A stretch of DNA of 60,258 bases, from the NCBI GenBank assembly GCA_023474215.1, contig JAMCYI010000004.1, positions 1 through 60,258 on the forward strand. Reading direction: 5' to 3'. Shown in pieces: positions 36,010 to 45,071 of the stretch. A model generated the notes under the pieces. That model was not told where the DNA came from. It did no database searches and saw only the letters and a program-made list of their open reading frames with translations. Position 1 is the stretch's first letter. Each line of letters starts with the position of its first letter. The DNA is from Patescibacteria group bacterium (GTDB lineage Bacteria > Patescibacteriota > Minisyncoccia > UBA6257 > GWB1-50-10). Both the position numbers and the translations under genes were made by a program.

Positions 36010-36441
36010 ATGGCCATATTTGCGGAAAACAAAAGAGCTCTCTTCGACTACGAGATCCTCGGGGCATTCGAGGCCGGCATTGTGCTGAAAGGCTACGAAG
36101 CAAAGGCCGTAACGAGCGGCCGCGTGAACCTTTCGGGATCCTACGCTTCCCTCGTGCGGGGCGAGCTTTGGATCGTGAATCTCGACATCCCGCCCTATCA
36201 GCCAAAGAATATCCCCGGCCCGTACGATCCCAAGCGGTCGAGAAAACTCCTCGTCACCAAAAGCGAACTCAATGAACTTGTCGGAAAGACGAAGGGGTTG
36301 ACACTTATTCCGATGAAGATGTATAGTAAGCGCGGCAAAATAAAGCTCGAGATCGGACTCGCAAAATCGAGGAAGAAGAAAGACAAGCGCGAGGTCATCA
36401 AGCAACGCGAAACTCAGAAAGAAATCAAACGTTTTATCTAG
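36010..36441 (+). CDS. smpB: SsrA-binding protein SmpB
   Basis: AENKRA.FDYEI...EAGIVL.GYE.K, DPKRSRKLL, KLEIGLAKSRKK.DKRE.IK.RE. Confidence 0.96.
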   Translation: MAIFAENKRALFDYEILGAFEAGIVLKGYEAKAVTSGRVNLSGSYASLVRGELWIVNLDIPPYQPKNIPGPYDPKRSRKLLVTKSELNELVGKTKGLTLIPMKMYSKRGKIKLEIGLAKSRKKKDKREVIKQRETQKEIKRFI

Positions 36442-36605
36442 AGCCCACCTCAAGAGTATCTTTCGTCACGAGCCTCCGGTTTTCCGAGCGAGGCAAGGAA
36501 CGACGACGAAGCTGTATCGGCAAGGCAGATCCAGCGAGGAGGAGTGACGAAGCCGCAGCCGGAAAAGCGAAGGTACAGTAGAAAGGATATTCTTGAGGTG
36601 GGCTC
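36441..36605. mobile_element. Large palindromic element between smpB and ssrA
   Basis: Arms gagcccacctcaaga(gtatctttc) / (gaaaggatat)tcttgaggtgggctc; inside, two degenerate units gcgagg...gacgaagcYgYa.cgg. Confidence 0.7.
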
Positions 36606-36609
36606 CTAT

Positions 36610-36946
36610 GGGGGCGCACGCTTCGACAGGAAAGCTCTTTGAAAGTAGCAAGCCGAGGGGCGGTAAACTCGTAAAACTGCCGCACAAAAGAACTGACAAC
36701 AACAAAGTTGCAGCCCCGGCATTGGCGTTCGCTTAATGCCGGCCCCGGTTCCATGAGAATCGGGCATCGGTCCTCTCTTCCCGCAGGAGGATAACCGGTG
36801 TCATATCGCGGGATCGCTCGCCCCAAGGGGTTCCCCATACCGGCGAGTTAAACCATCGGGAACGATTTTGCTCTCTTTTCGAGAACTAAGCTTGTAGAAT
36901 ACTCTCAAATAATTTCTTGGACGAGGGTCCAATCCCTCCGCCTCCA
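36610..36946 (+). ncRNA. ssrA: tmRNA (one-piece); tag (A)DNNKVAAPALAFA*
   Basis: 5' GGGGGCG...TTCGACAGG; 3' GGACGAGGGTCCAATCCCTCCGCCTCCA; tag ORF gac aac aac aaa gtt gca gcc ccg gca ttg gcg ttc gct taa; adjacent to smpB. Confidence 0.92.
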
Positions 36947-36986
36947 CAATCAAAAAGGCCGGCATGAATGCCGGCCTTTTTGATTG
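36947..36986 (+). terminator. Terminator of ssrA
   Basis: caatcaaaaaggccggca-tgaa-tgccggcctttttgattg. Confidence 0.8.
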
Positions 36987-36995
36987 GTTGCTGCA

Positions 36996-37024
36996 GAGCG
37001 ACTCGCGACGGTCCAATCCCTCCC
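36996..37024 (+). repeat. Partial tRNA-anchored element module with duplicated tmRNA T-arm
   Basis: gagc-gactc-gcgacg-gtccaatccctcc repeats tmRNA ggtccaatccctcc and matches the 3' module of the tRNA elements. Confidence 0.55.
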
Positions 37025-37062
37025 CGTTTGCATTTTGGCGCATTTTTTATTAGTATTCTCGT

Positions 37063-37599
37063 ATCGCTTATCAAAGACCATACAGACCAGCGCCCACCCC
37101 GCGGCAGAGAATAAACGGGGAAATAACGGCCATTGAGCTTCGTGTCATCGACGAATCGGGAGAAAATCTCGGCGTCATGAAGAAAGAAGAGGCTCTTGCG
37201 AAGGCCATGCTCGCGGGACTCGACCTTATCGAGATCGCTCCGCAAGCCGTGCCTCCCGTCGCGAGGATCATGAGCTTCGATAAATGGCGGTATCAAAGGG
37301 AAAAAGAAGAAAAGCGATCGAAGCAGGCACAAAAACAAAAAGAACTGAAGCAGGTGCAGATCTCAGCCCGGATCGCCGAGAACGACATGGCGATGAAAGC
37401 GAAACAGGCCGAGAAATTCCTTGCGGAAGGCCACAAGGTTGAAATTCACCTCCGGCTCCGGGGAAGAGAAAAGGCGAACAAAGAATGGGCACTGGGACGC
37501 ATAAAAGAATTCACGGGGAAAATAACCATACCGTACCAAGTGACCATGGAACCGCGGCAAGGAGGAAGAGGATACCTCATGCAAATAACCAAGAAATAA
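37063..37599 (+). CDS. infC: Translation initiation factor IF-3, probable non-AUG (ATC) start
   Basis: The frame is open upstream of track ATG 37177 to a stop at 37051 and encodes RINGEITAIELRVIDESGENLG. ATC at 37063 fits known infC autoregulatory starts. Confidence 0.9.
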   Translation: MAYQRPYRPAPTPRQRINGEITAIELRVIDESGENLGVMKKEEALAKAMLAGLDLIEIAPQAVPPVARIMSFDKWRYQREKEEKRSKQAQKQKELKQVQISARIAENDMAMKAKQAEKFLAEGHKVEIHLRLRGREKANKEWALGRIKEFTGKITIPYQVTMEPRQGGRGYLMQITKK

Positions 37600-37600
37600 T

Positions 37601-37771
37601 ATGAAGAAAAGCGTATCAAAAAGGATCAGAATAACGAAATCGGGCAAGGTTCTTCGCCGGGCAATGGCCCTGGGCCATTCGCGGGCGAATAAAAGAACAG
37701 TGCAGATCAAGCGCAAAAAAAACGCCCGCACCTTGGGAAACGTCGATGTACAAAAACTTATCAATAACTAA
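37601..37771 (+). CDS. rpmI: 50S ribosomal protein L35
   Basis: MKKSVSKRIRITKSGKVLRRAMALGHSRANKRTVQIKRKK..., between infC and rplT (too short for the track). Confidence 0.9.
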   Translation: MKKSVSKRIRITKSGKVLRRAMALGHSRANKRTVQIKRKKNARTLGNVDVQKLINN

Positions 37772-38118
37772 TGCCAAGAGTAAAACGAGGCACAATTGCC
37801 CATAAAAAAAGAGAAAAGCTCCTCAAAAAGAGCAAGGGATATAAGTGGAGCCGAAAATCAAAGGAGCGCGCCGCACGCGAAGCGCTTCTTCATGGTCTTG
37901 CGAGAAAGCTAAAGGGCAGAAAGGAAAAGAAGAGGGCTTACCGCACGCTTTGGGAGACCGAAATCAATGCGGGAGCGAGACTCCAAGGCACGACCTACAG
38001 CAAGCTCATCGGTGCGTTGAAAAAGGCAGACATCAAACTCGACAGAAAGATCCTTGCCGAACTTGCCGGCAACGAACCGGACACTTTTAAAGCAATAATC
38101 GACTCCCTTAAGGGGTAG
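37771..38118 (+). CDS. rplT: 50S ribosomal protein L20
   Basis: MPRVKRG...KR....KGY, RK.KKR.YR.LW...INAGAR, LDRKILAELA. Confidence 0.96.
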   Translation: MPRVKRGTIAHKKREKLLKKSKGYKWSRKSKERAAREALLHGLARKLKGRKEKKRAYRTLWETEINAGARLQGTTYSKLIGALKKADIKLDRKILAELAGNEPDTFKAIIDSLKG

Positions 38119-38605
38119 TCGTCTGCTTCTTCGGCTGCTGCACCTTCCTCGTAATGGAGGTGTACGCTTTTTTGAGATTCGATTTCAAATTCGGGGCCTT
38201 CAGCATCCGCAAGGCATCTTTGTAGAGGAACCAGCCGTACCCTTGGTGTTCCCGCGGCACGATGGTGACCGACTGCGTTTTCGTTTCCGCCAAATAGTAG
38301 ATCACGAGGCGCGGGATCCGCTTTTTTTCCTTCGTATAAAAGACAAATCGATCGGAAACCTTGAACCAGTTGATGAACCGCAAGTTCGGCGCTTTGATGC
38401 CCGTTTCTTCCTCGACTTCCCGCAAGGCTGCCTTAAAGCTCTTTTCTCCTTCGGCCAGCTTCCCCTTCGGGAAATTCCAATAACTGCCCCCGTGGTACAA
38501 GAGCAGAAACTTTATCCCTTCCTCCGCCCGCCTGAAGATGATCACGCCTGCGGAGATCGAAAGGTCGCCCTCTTTTTTATTACTCACCGATGATTGGTCC
38601 GGCAT
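38108..38605 (-). CDS. NUDIX hydrolase (Ap4A-hydrolase-like)
   Basis: SAGVII, WNFPKGKLAEGE...AALREVEEETGI NUDIX box, EH..Y.W. Confidence 0.88.
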   Translation of the reverse strand: MPDQSSVSNKKEGDLSISAGVIIFRRAEEGIKFLLLYHGGSYWNFPKGKLAEGEKSFKAALREVEEETGIKAPNLRFINWFKVSDRFVFYTKEKKRIPRLVIYYLAETKTQSVTIVPREHQGYGWFLYKDALRMLKAPNLKSNLKKAYTSITRKVQQPKKQTTTP

Positions 38606-39248
38606 GGTCTCGTAAAATAGGTTGTTTTAACGTTTGTTTCGGTAAAATGAGGTCCGGCACCATAAAGAGAAGGATCGCTCCAGCAAATGCCGCAAGGGAT
38701 CCCAAAATGAAGATGAAATCAAACCCCAAGAGGAGCGCAATGCCGCCGCCAACGAATGCCATGACGGAAGAAATGATGTCGATGCCGAAGTGGTCGAGCG
38801 TCCACTCGAGCGAGTAGTGATCTTTATCCAAATGCCTCGAAAAGATCGCCGGCCAGGAAGAAGAATACAGAGCGAACGCAAGACCCTGTACCACCATGGA
38901 AGCGAGGAGCGCCGGGACGCTCCGGACGGCCAAAAAGATCAAACACACGAGGCCGCCGAGTAAAAGTCCGATGAGGAGGGCGTAAAAGTCATCCTTTTCC
39001 CCCTCATGCTTGTCCAAGTAGAACGAAATGGGCACTTCGGAGATCGCCTTCACCAAATAGTACAGCGCAGCAGCAGCTCCGACGGTAAATACGTTCGCCG
39101 CGCCGATCCGTTGCAATATAAAAACCGCAAAGATCGGAGAAATGAGCCCCCATCCTCCCCAAAACAAATAGTCGGAGAGGATGAAGAACCGCACTACTTT
39201 GTTCATCTTCATTTCGCCGAAGCTTATTTTAAAGCGAGGGAATTTCAT
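38580..39248 (-). CDS. Half-size MFS-like membrane protein
   Basis: About 6 TM; LISPIFAVFI...GA...VG.AAA.Y.L..A. Confidence 0.7.
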   Translation of the reverse strand: MKFPRFKISFGEMKMNKVVRFFILSDYLFWGGWGLISPIFAVFILQRIGAANVFTVGAAAALYYLVKAISEVPISFYLDKHEGEKDDFYALLIGLLLGGLVCLIFLAVRSVPALLASMVVQGLAFALYSSSWPAIFSRHLDKDHYSLEWTLDHFGIDIISSVMAFVGGGIALLLGFDFIFILGSLAAFAGAILLFMVPDLILPKQTLKQPILRDHAGPIIGE

Positions 39249-39266
39249 AGGTTCGATAGTTAGAGA

Positions 39267-41759
39267 CTAGCCTTTTGAAACTTGAAAATCAAATGCCCCA
39301 TTTTGGAACGTGATGGTAACCGTGTCGCCGTTGCCGAGGCTTCCATCGAGGATCTTGTTCGCTAAAACGCTTTTAATGTCATCGGATATGACCTTCCGCA
39401 AGGGGCGCGCGCCGAAAACCGGATCGTACCCCCGCCTTCCAAGCTCACCCAATACCGCATCGTCGTATACGATATCGATGCCCTTATCCTCCCCCAACGC
39501 CTCCTTCAATTCATTGACCGACAATCCGGCGATCTTCTTGATCTCGTCTTCCTTCAAGTCCCTGAAAACGACGATATCCGAGAACCGATTCAAGAGTTCG
39601 GGCCTGAAAAAATCGGACAGCTTTTGCTTCAATTCGCCCGCAATATCCTCGACCCGCTTCCCTTTTTCAATCTCCGATTTTATGAAGTCGGAGTTGGCAT
39701 TCGACGTCGCGATAATGATGGTATTTTGGAAATCGACAGTCTTCCCCAAGCTGTCGGTCAGCCGCCCGTCGTCGAATACTTGAAGGAAAAGGTTCAAAAC
39801 GTCGGGGTGGGCCTTTTCAAACTCGTCGAGCAGCACCAAGGTATAAGGATTATCCGAAACGGCGTCGGTCAACGTTCCGGTCTTCGATCCGTCGGGAGTG
39901 CCGATCAGCCGGAAAATGCTCGTCTTGTCCTGATACTCGGACATATCGAAGCGCTGCATGGCCGTTTTTGAACCGAACTGCACTTCCGCAAGGATCTTCG
40001 AAAGTTCGGTCTTTCCAACGCCGGTCGGACCAACAAAAAGAAATGCGGCGATCGGTCCCCCCTTCCGAGAAAGCCCGCTCCGATATTCCCGAAGCGCCCG
40101 AGCAACCGCGGAAACTGCCGCGTCCTGATTGATGAGCTTTTTATGAATGACATCCTCGAGCCCCAAAAGCTTCGAGGCTTCGTCCGCCGTAACCCTTTGG
40201 ATCGGAATTCGCGAAAGGTTTTCCGCAACCATATCCACGTCTTGGACAGAGATCGATTTCTTTTTGTTTTCGACCGCCTCGGCAAGCGTTTGCTTCAGGA
40301 GATCGACGGCGCTTCCCGGCAAAAGCTTTGCGTGAAAATACCGCTTCGCAAGATAGACAGATTCCTTAATGACGCTGAAAGGGACGAAAACGCGGTACTG
40401 CCGCTCGAGGAGAAGACTTTGGTAGATCAAGAATTTGACGGCTTCTTCTTCACTGATCTCGTCGACCCGGACCACCTCGAATTGTTCGAGAAAATCAGAC
40501 CGCGGCTCGATGTATGTTTTGAATTCACGGGGATACGTTTCACCGATCACGGGAATGGCCGCGCTTTTTACGATCGGCAAAATAATATCGATCGCATTCA
40601 CGGTTTCTTTCGACGTTCGGAAAAGGTCGTGCATATTGGGGACAAAGAGAACGATATTCCCCGCAAGAAGGATCTCCTCGGTGATGTCGTTCAAACGAGC
40701 GGTCAAAACCTCCGGCGTAGCATTCCCCAGGAGATTGCCGATCTCGAGGGACACCAGCCGCTTATCAAAGAGTTCTTCGGGAACTTCGTCTTTTATGATG
40801 GAAAACGCCAAATGATCGATAATGGTCGACTTTCCCGCCCCTGCTTCGCCGACCAAAATGGCGTTCGGCTTCCCGGGCCGCGCGATGACCTGAAGGAGCT
40901 CCTCATATTCTTTTTCGTGGCCGATGAGAAAACCGACGGCTTCGGAGCGCGCCAAGTCGGTAAGGTCCGTCGAAAATTTGTCGAGCGTCGGCGTCGGCCG
41001 GGCCGTCCAAGCACGATTCATGGTCCGATGCCTCAAGAATCCCGGCCGGTGGGCAAAGCCGCCGATGATCTTCGGCATGAACCGCGGGGCGCCGAATATC
41101 TTCCGCCATTTGCCGAACACTACCGCGGATTCGACGTCCTCCTTTTTAATGCCTGATGCAATGAAAACCTTTTCAAGGTCGGCGTCGCCGACATCAAAGA
41201 TACCGGCAAACAGATTCCGAGGATAAATAAAAACATCGTTATGACTGCGCGCATTTTCATATGCCCGGGACACCAAATCGCCCAAAACCGAAAGATAACT
41301 TTCTTTCGAAAACTTTCCCTTGCCATCAAAAGCGACGGCAGCTTTTTGGAGAAGGATCTCGGGTTTCACATCCAAGCGCTTCAAAATTTCACAGATATCG
41401 TCACGCTCAACGAGAAGTTCCAAAAGAACGAGATAAAAACTCACATTGGCCCCTTTCGATTTTCTGAATGCGGAGCTTAAAATGCGGTATGAGGATGGCG
41501 TCAGAGCGTCGCCGACGTTCCCTTTCCCGCGCCCGATCTCCACAAGGTTCCGCTCGCCGTCCCCAATGTGCATGGCTCGATCGGCAAGAAACAAAGCAAA
41601 AAGAATGCCGAGAGCGATAAGCCTCGCGTTCTGCGACAAGAGTAAAACCAGCGTCACGGCAACCACGACGACATATGCCGAATAACCGAGGAGCCGCGCG
41701 AGAAAATCACCCGCTTGGCTCAAAAATATCCGTTTGCTTTTAAAATACAGATCAGACAT
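39267..41759 (-). CDS. Membrane-anchored Clp/Hsp100 AAA+ ATPase with degenerate NBD1
   Basis: Two N-terminal hydrophobic helices. NBD1 GEAGAGKST with LFVPNMHD in place of LFIDEIH; NBD2 [33 protein letters not shown]. Confidence 0.85.
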   Translation of the reverse strand: MSDLYFKSKRIFLSQAGDFLARLLGYSAYVVVVAVTLVLLLSQNARLIALGILFALFLADRAMHIGDGERNLVEIGRGKGNVGDALTPSSYRILSSAFRKSKGANVSFYLVLLELLVERDDICEILKRLDVKPEILLQKAAVAFDGKGKFSKESYLSVLGDLVSRAYENARSHNDVFIYPRNLFAGIFDVGDADLEKVFIASGIKKEDVESAVVFGKWRKIFGAPRFMPKIIGGFAHRPGFLRHRTMNRAWTARPTPTLDKFSTDLTDLARSEAVGFLIGHEKEYEELLQVIARPGKPNAILVGEAGAGKSTIIDHLAFSIIKDEVPEELFDKRLVSLEIGNLLGNATPEVLTARLNDITEEILLAGNIVLFVPNMHDLFRTSKETVNAIDIILPIVKSAAIPVIGETYPREFKTYIEPRSDFLEQFEVVRVDEISEEEAVKFLIYQSLLLERQYRVFVPFSVIKESVYLAKRYFHAKLLPGSAVDLLKQTLAEAVENKKKSISVQDVDMVAENLSRIPIQRVTADEASKLLGLEDVIHKKLINQDAAVSAVARALREYRSGLSRKGGPIAAFLFVGPTGVGKTELSKILAEVQFGSKTAMQRFDMSEYQDKTSIFRLIGTPDGSKTGTLTDAVSDNPYTLVLLDEFEKAHPDVLNLFLQVFDDGRLTDSLGKTVDFQNTIIIATSNANSDFIKSEIEKGKRVEDIAGELKQKLSDFFRPELLNRFSDIVVFRDLKEDEIKKIAGLSVNELKEALGEDKGIDIVYDDAVLGELGRRGYDPVFGARPLRKVISDDIKSVLANKILDGSLGNGDTVTITFQNGAFDFQVSKG

Positions 41760-42099
41760 GGAATACGCCCAAAAATACCGCGACCAGGACCGGCGGGATC
41801 AAAAGCCAAATAATGTACAAGGCAACGGCTGCAAAAAAGACGATCGCATAAAAGACCGAGGCGACCAAGATCCGCACCGCCCTCAGAAAGAACCCCAGAA
41901 CGTAACCGGCGAACGTGTAGTCCTTATAGAGCGGAGTAAAAAGATTTTTGAGGGTTATTTTCCATGCCAAGACCTTGTCGAAATCGTGCAGCCGATCGAG
42001 GACGTAATTAGAGTACAACTTCGCGCTTCGAACGTACCAATGCCTTAAAAAATCAACGATCCGCCACAGGAACTTCTGCCCTAAATAGGCCAAAACCAT
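41752..42099 (-). CDS. Small membrane protein translationally coupled to the Clp-like ATPase
   Basis: 115 aa, F.RHWY and PLYKDYT..G..LGF..R, hydrophobic C-terminus; 8-nt overlap. Confidence 0.7.
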   Translation of the reverse strand: MVLAYLGQKFLWRIVDFLRHWYVRSAKLYSNYVLDRLHDFDKVLAWKITLKNLFTPLYKDYTFAGYVLGFFLRAVRILVASVFYAIVFFAAVALYIIWLLIPPVLVAVFLGVFHV

Positions 42100-42155
42100 A
42101 CTCCTTCATTATACTGTCTCACTCCATGAATTTCTAATTACCCCAATCAGCTTTC

Positions 42156-42437
42156 GGGAAGCCGGCTCGCTTTTCTCAAACACGCTGTCAATCCGCCCCA
42201 GCCGGCGGATTGCGCTCGCTCTCGACCTCGCTCGGAGAGGATCGGAAAGGTTCGTGCGGCAGCTCTCGGAGGTTCAAAAGCTCGGTTCCGCCGGTGAGGC
42301 GGATTTTGAACCGAGAGCGCAGGGCGGCGCTTGCCGCCGGAGCAAGCGAACGCCCGGTGCCGGTAGGGCCTTTCCGATCCTCTCCACCATGCCCGCTCGG
42401 TCTCCGAGACGGTTTGATCAGAGCGAGCCGGCTTCCC
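42156..42437. mobile_element. Nested palindromic miniature element after murB stop (282 bp)
   Basis: 16-bp arms gggaagccggctcgct / agcgagccggcttccc; inner 17-bp arms ggagaggatcggaaagg / cctttccgatcctctcc; same scaffold as 20089 and 34208. Confidence 0.85.
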
Positions 42438-43378
42438 TATTGCACATATCGCACCTCTTCCTCAAGGAGGATGCCGAATTTCCTATGTACCTTCTTCCTT
42501 AAAATATTTGCGAGCTTCCGCACGTCGGCGGCCTTCGCGCGCCCCTTATTGACGAAGAGGTTCCCGTGGAAAGAAGCGATCTCGATACCCCCAACGCGCA
42601 TCCCCTTCGAACCGACCGACTCCAAAAGGTATCCGGCCGGTATTTTTCCATCGATGATTTTCGATCGGTCGATCCTTTCAAGGGATTTTCGCGGAACATC
42701 GGCGGCGAGGACATTCTTAAAGAAACTTCCGGGACATTTGATCCCCGGCTTGTACTTTTTCTCGCGTATCGCAATGATATGCCTCGAGATCCGTCTCAAG
42801 GCCGCCGCATTCCCCGCCTTGAATCCAAGCCGAATCCGCAAAACAAGCCACTGCCGTTCTTTAAAGACGCTTTGGCGATAAGCGAAGTTGCACTCGCGTT
42901 TCGAGATCCACCGCTTTTTTTTACCGTCCCAAATTTCAACGGACTTGACGATCTCGGCGATGGAGTGGCCGTATGCACCGGCATTTCCGACGACCGCACC
43001 ACCGACCGTTCCCGGTATCCCCGAGAGCGTCTCGAGCCCCGAAAGTCCCCGGCCGATGGATCTTTTCACAACTTCGCCGAGAAGGACGCCGCCGTCCGCC
43101 ACACACTCTTTTCCTTGAAAAGAGATTTTCCCTCCAAAAAACCGCAAAACAAGCCCCTTCAACTTTCCATCGGGAAAGACAGTGTTGCTTCCCCCCGCAA
43201 ATATCGTGAGGGGCATCTTATTTTTTTTCGCCCATTCTGCAATATCGACGAATTTCTCGGGCGTCTCGGCAATGGCAAGATACTCAGAAACTCCGCCGAT
43301 CTTGAACGTCGAAAGCGGAGCGAGTTTTGCGTCTTTTTTGATCTTAAATTGAGTGAAAACCTCCGGCCGAGTCATCAA
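42437..43378 (-). CDS. murB: UDP-N-acetylenolpyruvoylglucosamine reductase
   Basis: STFKIGG, GGSN, GLETLSGIPGTVGGAVVGNAGAYG, FAYRQS.F, GSFFKN, HGNLFVN, LEEEV. Confidence 0.95.
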   Translation of the reverse strand: MMTRPEVFTQFKIKKDAKLAPLSTFKIGGVSEYLAIAETPEKFVDIAEWAKKNKMPLTIFAGGSNTVFPDGKLKGLVLRFFGGKISFQGKECVADGGVLLGEVVKRSIGRGLSGLETLSGIPGTVGGAVVGNAGAYGHSIAEIVKSVEIWDGKKKRWISKRECNFAYRQSVFKERQWLVLRIRLGFKAGNAAALRRISRHIIAIREKKYKPGIKCPGSFFKNVLAADVPRKSLERIDRSKIIDGKIPAGYLLESVGSKGMRVGGIEIASFHGNLFVNKGRAKAADVRKLANILRKKVHRKFGILLEEEVRYVQ

Positions 43379-43417
43379 ATTACCCTTCAGTATATGCTAA
43401 ACTGAAGGTGTTCACAA

Positions 43418-44791
43418 ATGGAAGAAAAACTCATCGAGAGCATCTCCGGCGTTCGGGGCGTAGTCGGTAAAACACTCACCCCCGACGTCGTCGTGCGGTA
43501 TGCCGAAGCTTTTGCGAGATTTTCGAAACGCGGGACGATCGTTATCGGACGCGACGGGAGATATCACGGCGCTTCCTTCTATGACATCCTCCGGGGAACA
43601 CTCATTGCAGGCGGCTGCCGAGTGGTTGACATCGGCGTCTGCCCGACGCCGACCGTGGAACTTGCCGTCCTGCACTCCCGGGCGGCGGGCGGCGCCATTG
43701 TGACCGCAAGCCACAATCCGCAAGAATGGAACGGCTTGAAGTTCCTCGATAAAGCCGGCATTTTTCTGAATGCCGAAGAAAACAAAAGGCTTCTTGCGTG
43801 CGCCGCGGAAGGCCCGGCGTATCCCGGGTACCGGTCGGTTGGATCTCTCAACGACGGATCCTTCTTCGTCCGCGATCACATTGAGTGCATCCTCGCAATG
43901 AAAGCGATCGACGTGCCGTCGGTAAGAAGAAGAAAATTGAAGGTTGTCGTCGACGCCGTCAACGCTTCGGGCTCCCTCATTGTTCCGGAACTTCTCCGCG
44001 GACTCGGCTGCAAAGTCGTTGCCATGAATTGCGAGCCAACCGGCGTATTCCCCCGAAAACCGGAACCGCTCCCCGAAAACATCACCGCCGTCATGAAGCG
44101 AGTGCGGAAAGAAAAGGCGGACCTCGGCGTCGTCGTCGACCCGGATGCCGACCGGCTCGTCCTGGTAACAGAAAAAGGGGAACCCTTCAATGAGGAATAC
44201 ACCATCGCTCAAGCCGTCGACCTTGTCTTCAAAAAAATACCGAAACAAAAACGGATCGCCGTCGTGAATCTCTCGACGACCCGGGCCGTTGATGAAATAG
44301 CGAAACGGCGGAACGGCAGGGTTCTTCGATCGGCCGTCGGTGAAATCAACGTAGTACAAAAGATGAAAAAGGTGCATGCGACGATCGGCGGCGAAGGCAG
44401 CGGCGGCGTGATCCTCCCCGAGGTTCATTACGGACGCGACGCCTTGGTCGGCATTGCGCTTGCACTCGAAAACCTCGCCGAATTTGGCGGGACGCTCTCT
44501 GAATACAAAAAAACGCTTCCATCGCTTGAGATCGTAAAAAAGAAAATCAGCATCGGAAAAAGAAAACCCGACGCCGTGATCGAAATGCTCAAAGACCGAT
44601 TTTCAAAGTTCAAGATAAACACCGACGATGGATTGAAAGTCGATGCTCCGGACTACTGGATCCACGTCAGAAAATCGAATACGGAACCCGTGATGCGCAT
44701 TATTGCAGAAGCGAGGACCAAACGAGAAGCCGAAATTCACATCGCCGAAATCGAGCACATCATGGAAAAACAACAAGGAGGGTTACGCTGA
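43418..44791 (+). CDS. glmM: Phosphoglucosamine mutase / alpha-D-phosphohexomutase
   Basis: SGVRG, GRDGR, PTPT, TASHNPQEWNGLKF, DPDADR, GGEGSGG, RKSNTEP. Confidence 0.85.
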   Translation: MEEKLIESISGVRGVVGKTLTPDVVVRYAEAFARFSKRGTIVIGRDGRYHGASFYDILRGTLIAGGCRVVDIGVCPTPTVELAVLHSRAAGGAIVTASHNPQEWNGLKFLDKAGIFLNAEENKRLLACAAEGPAYPGYRSVGSLNDGSFFVRDHIECILAMKAIDVPSVRRRKLKVVVDAVNASGSLIVPELLRGLGCKVVAMNCEPTGVFPRKPEPLPENITAVMKRVRKEKADLGVVVDPDADRLVLVTEKGEPFNEEYTIAQAVDLVFKKIPKQKRIAVVNLSTTRAVDEIAKRRNGRVLRSAVGEINVVQKMKKVHATIGGEGSGGVILPEVHYGRDALVGIALALENLAEFGGTLSEYKKTLPSLEIVKKKISIGKRKPDAVIEMLKDRFSKFKINTDDGLKVDAPDYWIHVRKSNTEPVMRIIAEARTKREAEIHIAEIEHIMEKQQGGLR

Positions 44792-44821
44792 CGCGCACCC
44801 TCCCGCTTTTTGGGATCGGCT

Positions 44822-45022
44822 TCACTCTTCCAGATGGCCGACCGACCCACCTTCAAGCCGATCGAACTGGAAAAAAACCTCTTTTGCATCCGGATTATTC
44901 TTCTCCTTCACGCTGAACCCAAGGGGGTGGATCTCAAGGTCTATCTTATCCTCGAGGAAGCTTTTGATCACTGCGTCAAAGAGATACTCCTCTTCTCTTC
45001 TCGTCAACTTGTCGCGTTCCAT
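44822..45022 (-). CDS. Small acidic hypothetical protein (66 aa)
   Basis: Fills the gap, natural composition, TATAAT upstream. Confidence 0.5.
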   Translation of the reverse strand: MERDKLTRREEEYLFDAVIKSFLEDKIDLEIHPLGFSVKEKNNPDAKEVFFQFDRLEGGSVGHLEE

Positions 45023-45071
45023 GATGCCTCCGATGTTTTATTGCCGGTAAGTTCTAATGTTTATTATAGCA

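Noticed and set aside
34373-36205. Extended N-termini in the ORF track (argS to 36205, gpmI to 18648, pilB from 52439, polA from 55963, glycoside hydrolase to 16612)
   Set aside because: The extensions overlap neighbouring genes or tRNAs and precede the conserved N-terminal motifs, so downstream starts were used.
36434-37043. ORFs 36434-36838, 36466-36705 and 36801-37043
   Set aside because: They are antisense to tmRNA and the palindromic element.
44789-44791. Alternative genetic code (TGA read as Gly, as in Gracilibacteria/SR1)
   Set aside because: TGA ends glmM, holA and the kinase at expected lengths, and conserved genes are uninterrupted under code 11.
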